NCBI GenBank assembly: GCA_035524335.1
Contig: DATKPE010000033.1
Coordinates: forward strand, 36,157-100,156
Reading direction: 5' to 3'
Source: Bacteroidota bacterium
GTDB lineage: Bacteria; Bacteroidota; Ignavibacteria; UBA10030; SZUA-254
DNA: 64,000 nucleotides
The notes under the pieces were generated by a model. The model was not told the DNA's origin and searched no databases. It saw only the letters and a list, made by a program, of their open reading frames with translations. Both the position numbers and the translations under genes were made by a program. Each line of letters opens with the position of its first letter. Positions within the stretch are counted from its first letter, which is position 1. Of this stretch, positions 1-9,490 are shown in pieces.

Positions 1-1274
1 CCACCGGCGAATCCGACGGTTCCCTCTCCTTCCGCATCGACGAGGGAGCCATCAGACAAATACGGTACGAAGGGAATTATCTCACAAAGGACTACATCAT
101 CCGGAGAGAGTATCCCCTCGACGAAGGAGAGATCTTTACAATCGATAAAGCGACCAGGGGAGTCGTGAATATCAAGAGCACGGGACTGTTCGAGTATGTT
201 CTCCTCGATATCCGGTATGAATCGGACCGGCCGGTGATCATCCTCCGGGTCAAGGAAAAAAGCCCAGAACTGCTCCGGATCGGACTCCATGTGGATGATG
301 AACGAAGCATCGTTTCCACCTTCGACATCCGCGACGCGAACTTCCGCGGCGCATGGGAAGACCTTGGCCTTCTTGCCCGATACGGCTATCGTGACCGGGG
401 CGCCGAGTTCGGCTACACCATCCACAGAATCTTCAACACCTATTTCACCCTGAACCTGAAGAGCTACGTCGGCTCACGCGACATCTTCACCTACAAGGAC
501 GATTTTTCAGAAGGCGGCCGGGGATGGGACAGGATCGAAAACGGGGAATACCAGAAGGGAATGTACGGATGGTCGCTCGCCTTCGGGAGCCACTTCGAAC
601 GCTTCGGCGACGTCTCCGTCCAGTTCAGAATGGAAAATCAGAAGGTCACGGGCCTCGCCGGACTCGGCTACGTCCCCGATCAGATCAAGTTTGCAAGTCT
701 CCGGGTCCTCAGCACTATCGATACCGAGAACAAGTTTCTCTTCCCGACCGCGGGAACGTATGTATCGATCTCCTATGAATCGGCCACCCAGAACCTGGGC
801 AGTGAGGTCGGCTTCGGGAAAATGCTTGTCGTCTATGAAACCTATCTCACCCCCTCGGCCTCGCACACCTTCCGGCCGAGGATCACCTTCGGCTTCGCCG
901 ATAACACGCTCCCGCTCACCGAACAGTTCACCCTCGGGGGAAGAACTTCGTTCTACGGACTGCGGGAAGACGACAGCTACGGCCGCCAGCTCATGCTGAT
1001 GAACATGGAATACCGGTACGCACTCCCCTTCAAACTGATCTTCGATTCCTACCTGAAACTGCGGTGCGACCTCGGGTCGATTTCGCTTCAGCCGCAGGAA
1101 CTGAAACTGGCGAGTTTCCGGTATGCCTACGGCGGCGAGCTTGCGCTCGATACACCCCTCGGCGAAGCGTCGGTCGGCGCCGGCCAGTCGTTCTATCCCC
1201 GCCGGGATCTTCCGGGCAACCCGATCGGCTTCGGCCCCCTTCTGGTCTACTTCTCCATCGGCACCTCGCTCTGA
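1..1274 (+). CDS. Omp85/BamA-family outer-membrane protein (POTRA-like region + surface-antigen beta-barrel); 5' end lies outside the window
   Basis: Frame of ORF 165..1274 is open back to the window edge (TGESDGSLSFRIDEGAIRQIRYEGNYLTKDYIIRREYPLDEGEIF..., POTRA-like). The C-terminal half shows an alternating hydrophobic beta-strand pattern with Gly/aromatic-rich motifs (GGRTSFYGLRE..YGRQLML.NMEYRY) typical of Omp85/D15 barrels. Confidence 0.55.
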   Translation, partial: TGESDGSLSFRIDEGAIRQIRYEGNYLTKDYIIRREYPLDEGEIFTIDKATRGVVNIKSTGLFEYVLLDIRYESDRPVIILRVKEKSPELLRIGLHVDDERSIVSTFDIRDANFRGAWEDLGLLARYGYRDRGAEFGYTIHRIFNTYFTLNLKSYVGSRDIFTYKDDFSEGGRGWDRIENGEYQKGMYGWSLAFGSHFERFGDVSVQFRMENQKVTGLAGLGYVPDQIKFASLRVLSTIDTENKFLFPTAGTYVSISYESATQNLGSEVGFGKMLVVYETYLTPSASHTFRPRITFGFADNTLPLTEQFTLGGRTSFYGLREDDSYGRQLMLMNMEYRYALPFKLIFDSYLKLRCDLGSISLQPQELKLASFRYAYGGELALDTPLGEASVGAGQSFYPRRDLPGNPIGFGPLLVYFSIGTSL

Positions 1275-1319
1275 GCGCGGATTGGAATTGCGCCGGGCGG
1301 TTCGTATCTTTCCGGCGTC

Positions 1320-1739
1320 ATGCAGGCCTCGTTTTCCCTTGTGGAGCATCCATCCGATCTGGGGATTGAAGCACGCGGCGCCACACCGGCCGAGGCGTTT
1401 GAACAGGCCGCCTGCGGCCTCATCGCGGTCATCCTCGATCCTGCCACCGTCGTGAAGAACGAAAAGCGCAGTATTGAGGTCGAAGCCGCGGATATGGGAC
1501 AGCTTCTCGTCCGCTGGCTCTCCGAACTTCTCTATCTCTACGATGCGAAACATTTTATCGCCGGTTCGATCAGGATCGAACAGCTCGGCGACCGATCCCT
1601 CCGCGCGAGCGTGTGGGGCGAACAATACCGGCCGCCGCGCGCCGGCACCAGGTGCGATGTGAAAGCCGTCACCTATCACCAGCTTTCCCTCCGCTCCGAC
1701 ACGGACGGCACCGTTCTCCGCGTATTCCTCGATATCTGA
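1320..1739 (+). CDS. archease (RtcB activator/chaperone)
   Basis: 139 aa with archease-like N-terminus (FSLVEHPSDLGIEARGATPAEAFEQAA..) and sits immediately upstream of rtcB, which is the conserved archease-RtcB arrangement. Confidence 0.75.
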   Translation: MQASFSLVEHPSDLGIEARGATPAEAFEQAACGLIAVILDPATVVKNEKRSIEVEAADMGQLLVRWLSELLYLYDAKHFIAGSIRIEQLGDRSLRASVWGEQYRPPRAGTRCDVKAVTYHQLSLRSDTDGTVLRVFLDI

Positions 1740-1748
1740 ATCATTATC

Positions 1749-3188
1749 ATGCAGACCAACCCGGGATTGAAACAAATCGACCGGTACCGTTTTCTCCTCC
1801 CCACGGCGTACCGGAAGGGAATGCGGATCGAAGGGCTGATTATCGCCGATGAAACGCTGATGGCGCAGATCTCGCGCGACCAGACCATCGAACAGGTGGC
1901 CAACGTCGCCTCCCTGCCCGGTCTGGTCGGCCGCTCCCTCGCTATGCCCGACGCACACCAGGGATACGGATTCTGCATCGGGGGCGTCGCTGCGGCGGAC
2001 GCCGCCGAGGGAATCGTCTCTGCGGGAGGCGTCGGGTTCGACATCAACTGCGGCGTCCGGCTCCTCCGGACACCTTACCGGGACACCGACGTCCTTCCCC
2101 GGCTCGACAGCCTGATCGAGCGCCTCTTCCGGGATATCCCCTGCGGAACCGGTCGCAAGAGCCGGTTCCCTCTCGATCCGTCCGGTATGGATGGCGTGCT
2201 CGCACAGGGGGCGTCCTGGGCGGTGAGCGGAGGATACGGAACGGCGGAAGACTGCGCTCATATCGAGGACGGCGGCTGTCTCCCGGGAGCCGATCCGGCC
2301 GCAGTTTCCCCGCGGGCAAAGGAACGGGGCATGATTCAGCTCGGCACCCTCGGTTCGGGCAACCATTTCCTGGAAATCCAGGCCGTCGAACAGATCTACG
2401 ACGCCCCGCTCGCCGCACGATTCGGGCTCGCGGAAAAAAGCATCGCCGTGCTGATTCACAGCGGCTCCCGCGGCCTCGGGCATCAGGTGTGCACCGATTA
2501 TCTCGATATCATGCAGACTGCGATGCAGAAATACAGACTCTCCGTGCCCGACAGACAGCTCGCCTCCGTCCCGGTCCATTCAGCCGAGGGGCGCTCGTAT
2601 CTCGGGGCGATGGCCGCCGCGGCGAATTTCGCCTTCGCGAACAGACAGATGATCACCCATCTCACCCGGGAGGCGTTCTCCGCGATCCTCGGTTCAGGGA
2701 ATCTCCCTCTTGTCTACGACGTATGCCATAATATCGCAAAGACCGAAGAACACCGGGTGGATGGCGCCCGGAAACGGCTCCTCATCCACCGGAAGGGTGC
2801 AACCAGGGCATTTCCCGCGGGCCACCCGGCACTGCAGGGAGAATTCGCAGGGACGGGCCACCCGGTACTGATCCCCGGAAGTATGGGGACGGCCTCCTAT
2901 GTCCTGGTCGGGACCGACCGCGCGATGGAGGAAACATTCGGATCCTCCTGCCACGGCGCCGGCCGGCTGATGAGCCGGACGCAGGCGAAGCGGGAAACGA
3001 CCCCGGAAGAGCTTCTCACCGCGATGAACCGGAAACGGATCCTCGTCCGGGGCGAATCGAAAGGCGGTCTGGTGGAGGAAAAACCGGACGCTTACAAGGA
3101 CGTCGATCATGTTGTCGATGTCATCCACGGCGCCGGCATAGCCAGGAAAGTGGCCCGACTGATCCCCCTTGCCGTCATGAAAGGCTGA
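1749..3188 (+). CDS. rtcB: RNA-splicing ligase RtcB (3'-phosphate/5'-OH RNA ligase)
   Basis: 479 aa carrying RtcB signature motifs: HQGYGFCIGGVAA, GSGNHFLEIQ, HSGSRGLGHQV, and HRKGATRAFPAGHP (the GMP-histidine region). Confidence 0.9.
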   Translation: MQTNPGLKQIDRYRFLLPTAYRKGMRIEGLIIADETLMAQISRDQTIEQVANVASLPGLVGRSLAMPDAHQGYGFCIGGVAAADAAEGIVSAGGVGFDINCGVRLLRTPYRDTDVLPRLDSLIERLFRDIPCGTGRKSRFPLDPSGMDGVLAQGASWAVSGGYGTAEDCAHIEDGGCLPGADPAAVSPRAKERGMIQLGTLGSGNHFLEIQAVEQIYDAPLAARFGLAEKSIAVLIHSGSRGLGHQVCTDYLDIMQTAMQKYRLSVPDRQLASVPVHSAEGRSYLGAMAAAANFAFANRQMITHLTREAFSAILGSGNLPLVYDVCHNIAKTEEHRVDGARKRLLIHRKGATRAFPAGHPALQGEFAGTGHPVLIPGSMGTASYVLVGTDRAMEETFGSSCHGAGRLMSRTQAKRETTPEELLTAMNRKRILVRGESKGGLVEEKPDAYKDVDHVVDVIHGAGIARKVARLIPLAVMKG

Positions 3189-3228
3189 ACATGAAACCCA
3201 ACGACGCTTCAAACAGGAGATCCGCAGA

Positions 3229-6200
3229 ATGCTGACCGACCGTCAGCGGCAGGCACTCGCGCTCGACCGGCATCTTTCGGTCACGGCCAATGCAGGGGCG
3301 GGCAAGACCAAAGTTTTGGTCGAACGCTTCCTGCAGATCGTCCTCGGAACCGATACGCCGATCAACCAGGTTGTGGCGATCACCTTCACCGAAAAGGCCG
3401 CGGGAGAGCTTCGCGCGCGGATTGCCCAGGAAATCCGGGCATCGATCGCGACAGCCGGAAACGGGCGCGAGCGTTCGAAACGGGAGCAGGTCCGGGATAC
3501 GCTCGCAGAAGCGACCATCTGCACAATCCACGCCTTCTGCGCCCAGATTCTCAGGGAATACCCCGTCGAGGCCGGCATCGACGCCGGTTTCTCCATCTTG
3601 GAGGGCATCGACCAGCACTTCCTGCTCGACGAGGCGTACCGTGACGCAGTCGCCGATATCTTCGCCGAGGGCGGAACTGTCAAATCGGCATTCTCCCTCC
3701 TCTGCCGTTCCCTCGGCGTCGGGACTGCGGAACGATTCATCAGATCGCTCCTCGCGAACCGGGAACAGCTTCTTCAATGGAATGAAAACCTCTTCACCCC
3801 CGGCGGGGATGATGCCTCCATTCTTCAGAAGTGGAATTCACTCGCGGACGATGCACTCCTGGGCCTTCTTGGCACACCCGGACTGGGGGAAACGATGCAT
3901 CGCCTCGCCGCATCGGCGTCGGGCCGGAAGGGGTCCGCCCTCCTTCCATTTCTCAGGGATTTCGACGCACGTTCAGATCCGGCGGCGGGAACGGCGGCGA
4001 TTCTCGGCTTCATCGATCTCTATTTCACCAAACAGATGGAACCAAGAAAAGAGGTCGCCGGAAACCCCGCAGGCGGATCCCCGGCGGATATTTCGCTTCT
4101 CAAAGATATCGCCGCCCCGCTGAGAGAGCTCGCCCCCGACCCTGACGACGGCCCAGGGAACGGCCGGCTTCTCCAGCTGACCAGAATCCTCGTGGAGGTG
4201 GCGCTCCGGGTTTCGGAACGCTATGCCCGGAAAAAGTATGACGGCGGATATCTCGATTTCGACGACCTTCAGCTCCACCTCCGCGATATGCTCCGGAAAC
4301 CGGAGTCGCGCTCCCTCATCTCGAGAAAATATCGTTTTCTGATGATCGATGAGTTCCAGGATACGAATCATCTCCAGTATGAGATCATCCGCCTCCTGAT
4401 GGACGATTTCCGGCAGGGAAACCTCTTCATCGTCGGAGACCCGAAACAATCCATCTACGGCTTCAGGAACGCCGAGGTCGAGGTCTTCGAACAGTCCAAA
4501 AGGGACATCGGCGGCGGCGATGCGCCCGAGACCGCCGGCATTATCCTCGCCGAAAGTTTCCGGCTCCTCCCGGCCCTCACTTCCTTTACCAACCGCGTCT
4601 TTTCCGCGCTGATGGCTCCCGAAAGCCGCTTTGACGTTGGATACAATGAACTGGTATGCGCCCGACAGGCCCCTCTGGAAGGGTCTGTGGAACTCCTCCT
4701 CTCCCACGGATCGGGGGAAACGTCGCGGCGGGAGGCCGCCATGCAGGAAGCCCGCCTTATTACACAACGCCTCATCCGGCTCCATTCGGAAGGTCAACCG
4801 ATCGCCGGACCCGAAGGACTCCGTCCCTTCCGCTGGAGCGACGCCGCCGTCCTCCTCCGGAAAAGGACTCACATGGATGAAATCGAAGAGGCATTCCGGA
4901 CGGCAGGGATCCCCTTCACCCTCGCCGGAGGCCGGGGCTTTTATCAGTCCCAGGAGATCTACGATATCCTGAACTACCTTACCTTCCTCCTCAACAGGGA
5001 GGATGACGTGGCTCTCGCCGGCATCCTCCGGTCTCCGCTGTTTGCGATATCCGACCGGGTCCTCTTCTCTGTCGCGGCGAACGGCGGGAAAGAATCTTTG
5101 TGGGCAAAAATTATACGGAACGGAGATCGCGCTCCATTGCCCGATCCGCTCCGGAGAGCGGTGGACATCCTGAAAATCGACCTTGCGCTGGCCAACCGCA
5201 TTCCCATCTCCGATCTTATCCGGGGTATATGCAGGTCGACAGGCTGGTACGGTACCCTCTCGGGCCTCGACCGCGGAGCGCAGGCAATCGCCAATATCGA
5301 AAAGCTTCTCGCAATCTCCCGGGATTTTGAATCCCGCGGATTTCTGACACTCTACGATTTCGTCGGCCGGATCAAATTTCTCGCCGATGAGGAGGAGCAG
5401 GAAGGTCAGGCCCCATTTGAATCTACGGACGATGTCGTACATCTCATGACAATTCACGGGGCCAAAGGCCTTGAATTTCCGGTGGTTTTTCTCCCTTATC
5501 TCCACCATCCGTTTCAATATGATCGTCAACTCTTTCTGGACCCAACGGTTGGGGCGGGATTCAGAATACCTGATGAGGAGAACATGGAGGAGGTTGTCGA
5601 GCCGCGGCTGTACCGATATCTTAAGATAAAGAGCGTGCAAAAAACCGATGCGGAAGAAAAGCGAATATTCTATGTCGGCGTCACAAGAGCCAGAGACATG
5701 CTTATCCTTTCAGGTGCCGTGACCGAAAAAGAGTCCGCCAAATCGTGTCTCAGGTGGCTGTATACCTCCCTTGATATAGACGGACAGTCTCTCACGACCG
5801 GAAGTCTCACCCTCCCCCCGGTACCGCTAAAACGGCTCGAAATGAGCGGCGCAGCGGCCACGGATGAGAATTATGTTCTCAGGATTGACGTGACCGCCGG
5901 CGCAGGCGACACGAGGCCTCCTGTCTCCGCTCAAAAACTTCCGGAACCCCGACCGGCGCGTCCGGTCGTCCTCTCTCCGATCGGGGGACAGCGACAGGGG
6001 GAATATTTCGCGGCAACGCAGATCAGGACCTATCTCGAGTGTCCGGCCAAGTTCTATCTTAAGTACGTCCTCGGCATCCCGGAACGGGGCTCGCGACCGG
6101 CGGATTTCGACGAACATGAGGAACCCGACGACCGGTTGCGGGGGGAGATCCTCGGAACGATCATACACCATGTGCTGGAACAGCTGACGGATGCAAACCG

Positions 6201-6774
6201 GTCGGGGCCACCCCTCGAGGAGCTGGTCTCGGAGGTGGTAGATTCTCATCCTCCCCCGGAAAGTGGCCGCAGGGAGGAGTATATCAGGGAAGCGGTTCGC
6301 CAGGTGGGGAATTTTGTCACATCCCCCGCCGGTGAAGCGATCCTCAACGCAAAGCGATTCAATACTGAATTTTCGCTAACGACCGTACTGGGCGAGGATT
6401 ACCTGACCGGAACGATCGACCGGCTGTACGAAGCGGGGGATGGCAGATGGGCAGTCGTCGATTACAAGACCGACGCCGTGACAGAGCGCGAACTGCGGAA
6501 ACGGGCGGAGGGGTATAAAATTCAACTTGAAATTTACGCTCTCCTGGTGAGTCTGTTCCATGGTCAGCCGGAGGTTGATGCGACGATTCTCTTTCTCCGC
6601 CACACGGGCCGGCCGGTTCAATTTCATTTCGGCCCTACGGAGCTGACAGCCATTAAGGAAAAAATTTCGGCGATCATAACGGACATCAAATCGGGACGCT
6701 TCACGCAGGATTTCCGGCATTGTCCGGAATGCAGTTTTTCGGTCAAGGGCGGCTGTATTCTAAATCCCTCCTGA
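3229..6774 (+). CDS. UvrD/REP-family ATP-dependent helicase with C-terminal PD-(D/E)XK (RecB/Cas4-like) nuclease domain and Cys4 cluster (AddA-like helicase-nuclease)
   Basis: Walker A ANAGAGKT (helicase motif I), DEFQDTN (motif II), IHGAKGLEFPVVFL (motif V) and YVGVTRARD (motif VI). The C-terminus has IDRLYE...VVDYKTD (RecB nuclease motifs II/III) and cysteines in YLECPAKF...HCPECSFSVKGGC (C-Xn-CxxC-X5-C, an AddB/Cas4-like Fe-S arrangement). Confidence 0.8.
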   Translation: MLTDRQRQALALDRHLSVTANAGAGKTKVLVERFLQIVLGTDTPINQVVAITFTEKAAGELRARIAQEIRASIATAGNGRERSKREQVRDTLAEATICTIHAFCAQILREYPVEAGIDAGFSILEGIDQHFLLDEAYRDAVADIFAEGGTVKSAFSLLCRSLGVGTAERFIRSLLANREQLLQWNENLFTPGGDDASILQKWNSLADDALLGLLGTPGLGETMHRLAASASGRKGSALLPFLRDFDARSDPAAGTAAILGFIDLYFTKQMEPRKEVAGNPAGGSPADISLLKDIAAPLRELAPDPDDGPGNGRLLQLTRILVEVALRVSERYARKKYDGGYLDFDDLQLHLRDMLRKPESRSLISRKYRFLMIDEFQDTNHLQYEIIRLLMDDFRQGNLFIVGDPKQSIYGFRNAEVEVFEQSKRDIGGGDAPETAGIILAESFRLLPALTSFTNRVFSALMAPESRFDVGYNELVCARQAPLEGSVELLLSHGSGETSRREAAMQEARLITQRLIRLHSEGQPIAGPEGLRPFRWSDAAVLLRKRTHMDEIEEAFRTAGIPFTLAGGRGFYQSQEIYDILNYLTFLLNREDDVALAGILRSPLFAISDRVLFSVAANGGKESLWAKIIRNGDRAPLPDPLRRAVDILKIDLALANRIPISDLIRGICRSTGWYGTLSGLDRGAQAIANIEKLLAISRDFESRGFLTLYDFVGRIKFLADEEEQEGQAPFESTDDVVHLMTIHGAKGLEFPVVFLPYLHHPFQYDRQLFLDPTVGAGFRIPDEENMEEVVEPRLYRYLKIKSVQKTDAEEKRIFYVGVTRARDMLILSGAVTEKESAKSCLRWLYTSLDIDGQSLTTGSLTLPPVPLKRLEMSGAAATDENYVLRIDVTAGAGDTRPPVSAQKLPEPRPARPVVLSPIGGQRQGEYFAATQIRTYLECPAKFYLKYVLGIPERGSRPADFDEHEEPDDRLRGEILGTIIHHVLEQLTDANRSGPPLEELVSEVVDSHPPPESGRREEYIREAVRQVGNFVTSPAGEAILNAKRFNTEFSLTTVLGEDYLTGTIDRLYEAGDGRWAVVDYKTDAVTERELRKRAEGYKIQLEIYALLVSLFHGQPEVDATILFLRHTGRPVQFHFGPTELTAIKEKISAIITDIKSGRFTQDFRHCPECSFSVKGGCILNPS

Positions 6775-7060
6775 TTCCCTCAAGTAATCCCTCCTGTTTT
6801 ATCCGTTTTGGGATATTCACATCCGGTTTCGAACCCTCCAAATTTTGCAGAATTGTGGATATTTTTGTTTGGAACCTGTGGATAACCGGCAAATTATTAT
6901 CCTGTGAGCTTTAATTGTTTTAGCTCAAGCAATTCTTAAAAAAGTTCTTGCATCTTATTGTAAAATTATGTAACCTGTCGATATTTCAGGGGCAGGAAAA
7001 TCATTTTGACATCATGAAAACGGAATTGGAAAACAACTGGAAATTACGGGCAAATCTGTC
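6775..7060. promoter_or_regulatory. AT-rich intergenic region, probable promoter/5' regulatory region for the downstream hybrid histidine kinase
   Basis: 286-bp non-coding gap, visibly AT-rich against a GC-rich background. It contains TTGCAT/TTGACA-like hexamers and A/T tracts. No convincing ORF; the 64-aa ORF 6720..6914 has no coding signal. Confidence 0.3.
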
Positions 7061-9478
7061 ATGAATTCACCTCAAAAATACGAAGAGATACTCGAAGGTA
7101 TTTCGGGCGGATTTTTCGCATTGGACAGTGAATACCGGTTCACGTACTGGAACCGTGCGGCGGAGGAAGGTACGGGGCTCAAGCGTGAGGATGTGCTCGG
7201 AAAGAACGTGTTTGAGATTTTTCCGAATGCCAGGGATGCCGAGCTCGGTGAGAAGTACCGCACCGCGATGACGAAGAAATCGTTCCAGAGCATCGAGACA
7301 TCCTATCGCGACGAGCGGTTCGAGGCGTGGTACGACATCCGGGTCTACCCGACCGACAGCGGGATTTCCGTTTTCTTCCAGGACATCACCGAGCAGAAGC
7401 GACAGCAGAGGCAGAAGGAAATGCTGATGGAGGTGTCGCACGTCATCAACGTCGCACCGCATCTCGACGATCTTTGTCTCAACGCGGGCGAACGGATCGC
7501 CGCGTTTCTGGAAATCCCCTCCAAGTTCGTCTGCATCTACCGGTACGACCAGCGTTCCTCACTTCTCCACCTGATGGCGCCCTCGCTTCTCGATGTCCGG
7601 ATCGACCCGGAGGTGGAGCACCAGATCGTGGATGAGAAATCGACGACGATCGCCGTACAGACCGCCCTGGGCAAGAAGACCATCGTGACCGACGAGCTCT
7701 CGCGGAGTTCGATCGCCTCCTACTTTCTGACGGAGACGACGTCCCTGAACCTGAAGACGCTCATTTCCCTCCCCCTCCTCGTCCAGAATGAACTCCAGGG
7801 CGTGCTCGAAGTTCTGTCTCCCAAAGTCGACAAGTACGTCGACGAAGAGCTCAAAATGCTCTCCATCATCGCGAACGAACTTTCGATCGGCATGAGCCGG
7901 AAACGGCTCATGGACGAGATCACGATCAAGAACATCGAGCTCGAAAACGAGAAGAAACGGACAGACGACGCCAACGAGACGCTCAAGCGCTTCCTGGCGA
8001 CCTTCAGCCACGAACTCCGGGCTCCCCTCAACGCCATCGTCGGCTTCTCCGAGATCCTCACGAACGACCTGAGCATCCTCCCCGAGGCGAAGGTGAGCGA
8101 TTTCATGAAGAACATCCATGAAAGCGGAAAGCACCTGCAGGGACTGATCAACGACATCCTCGACCTGTCGAAGATCGAGGCGGGGAAAATGGAGCTCCAC
8201 GTCGAAGCCTATCCGATATCGTACTTTACGGAAAGCGTCGCCCGGGTCATGCAGTCGCTTCTCCACCAGAAACATGCCGAACTGAAATTCGACATTGCCC
8301 CGGAAATCGATCAATTGGTGGTCGACCAGACGAGATTCAAGCAAATTCTGGTCAATCTGGTCTCCAACGGCATTAAATACAGCAATCAGGGGGGTACGGT
8401 CACGGTCTCCATGCGTCGGTTCGTGAACGAAATCGAAATCGCCGTCATCGATACCGGCATCGGCATCAAGCCGGAGGACCTTCCCCGCCTGTTCCACGCG
8501 TTCCAACAGGGGAAGAACGCCCACGGGTCCAAGGAAGGGACAGGCCTCGGCCTGGTCATCACAAAACGGCTTGTCGAGCTCCACGGCGGTCAGATCACCG
8601 TCGAGAGCGAATGGGGGAAGGGGGCCACGTTCCGTTTCCGGATCCCGATGGTGGTTGCCGGCGAGGTCGTCGAATCAGCCGATCAGCTCCTCAGGGTTGT
8701 GAACGATCAGCAGGTCACGACGAAGGAGGGGGAAAAACCGCTCGTGCTGATCATCGAGGATAACCCGCAGGCCAGCCAGCTGATCCAGATGTACCTGCAG
8801 GAGGCGGGATACAGAACGGATACCGCCCGGGACGGTTCGGAGGGAATTGAAAAGGCGAAACGGCTCAAGCCGCACATCATCACGCTCGACATGATCATGC
8901 CGATCAAGGACGGCTGGCAGGTCCTGAAGGAACTGAAACGGCACCCGATCTGCAAGGATATTCCGATCATCATTATTTCGATCACGGACGAGAAAAAACT
9001 CGGCTTCAGCATGGGCGCGGTCGATTATTTCGTCAAGCCGGTGAACCGCGATGAACTGATCAAGGCGGTACAGCGGGTCCCCCTCCGGACGGTCAAGAAC
9101 AAGGATCATCCGAAAGTGCTCATCATCGACGACGACAAGACCGCCGCCGAGCTGATCCAGGTCATCCTCGAATCGGAAGGGTATGAAGTCATCAAATCGA
9201 TGCACGGGAAGGAAGGGGTGCACCTCGCCGCCTCGGAAAAACCCGACCTGATCATCCTCGACCTGATCATGCCCGATATTTCCGGCTTCAACGTCGCCTA
9301 TCAGCTGAAGCAACAGCAGTCGACCCGGAACGTTCCGATCATCATTCTCACCTCGATGGAGATCGACGAGGAGACGCGCGAGCAGATGCAGGGATTCATC
9401 TCCACGATCATGAGCAAATCCCGGTTTACGAAGAAGGACCTCCTCCGCGAAATCACCACCATCGAAAAGATGAAGTAG
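7061..9478 (+). CDS. hybrid sensor histidine kinase (PAS - GAF-like - HisKA - HATPase_c - REC - REC)
   Basis: PAS-like N-terminus (FALDSEYRFTYWNRAAEEGTGLKREDVLGKNVFEIFP), H-box FLATFSHELRAPLNAIVGFSE, N/G boxes (LVSNGIKYS, DTGIGI, GTGLGL), and two receiver domains (LIIEDNP...ITLDMIMP and VLIIDDD...IILDLIMP). Confidence 0.85.
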   Translation: MNSPQKYEEILEGISGGFFALDSEYRFTYWNRAAEEGTGLKREDVLGKNVFEIFPNARDAELGEKYRTAMTKKSFQSIETSYRDERFEAWYDIRVYPTDSGISVFFQDITEQKRQQRQKEMLMEVSHVINVAPHLDDLCLNAGERIAAFLEIPSKFVCIYRYDQRSSLLHLMAPSLLDVRIDPEVEHQIVDEKSTTIAVQTALGKKTIVTDELSRSSIASYFLTETTSLNLKTLISLPLLVQNELQGVLEVLSPKVDKYVDEELKMLSIIANELSIGMSRKRLMDEITIKNIELENEKKRTDDANETLKRFLATFSHELRAPLNAIVGFSEILTNDLSILPEAKVSDFMKNIHESGKHLQGLINDILDLSKIEAGKMELHVEAYPISYFTESVARVMQSLLHQKHAELKFDIAPEIDQLVVDQTRFKQILVNLVSNGIKYSNQGGTVTVSMRRFVNEIEIAVIDTGIGIKPEDLPRLFHAFQQGKNAHGSKEGTGLGLVITKRLVELHGGQITVESEWGKGATFRFRIPMVVAGEVVESADQLLRVVNDQQVTTKEGEKPLVLIIEDNPQASQLIQMYLQEAGYRTDTARDGSEGIEKAKRLKPHIITLDMIMPIKDGWQVLKELKRHPICKDIPIIIISITDEKKLGFSMGAVDYFVKPVNRDELIKAVQRVPLRTVKNKDHPKVLIIDDDKTAAELIQVILESEGYEVIKSMHGKEGVHLAASEKPDLIILDLIMPDISGFNVAYQLKQQQSTRNVPIIILTSMEIDEETREQMQGFISTIMSKSRFTKKDLLREITTIEKMK

Positions 9479-9490
9479 ACGCGGTACCGG

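Noticed and set aside
507-2579. 690-aa minus-strand ORF spanning the Omp85, archease and rtcB genes
   Set aside because: It is antisense to three well-supported genes. Its translation is Arg/Gly/Pro/Glu-rich low-complexity sequence typical of high-GC antisense frames.
3973-5640. 555-aa minus-strand ORF inside the helicase-nuclease gene
   Set aside because: It is antisense to a gene with clear helicase motifs. It has no motifs and an atypical composition.
6826-6842. tRNA T-arm-like GGTTTCGAACCC palindrome
   Set aside because: There is no flanking acceptor, anticodon or D arm. It is too short and isolated to be a tRNA.
6720-6914. 64-aa ORF in the AT-rich intergenic region
   Set aside because: It lies in promoter-like AT-rich DNA with no RBS. 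It is likely a chance ORF.
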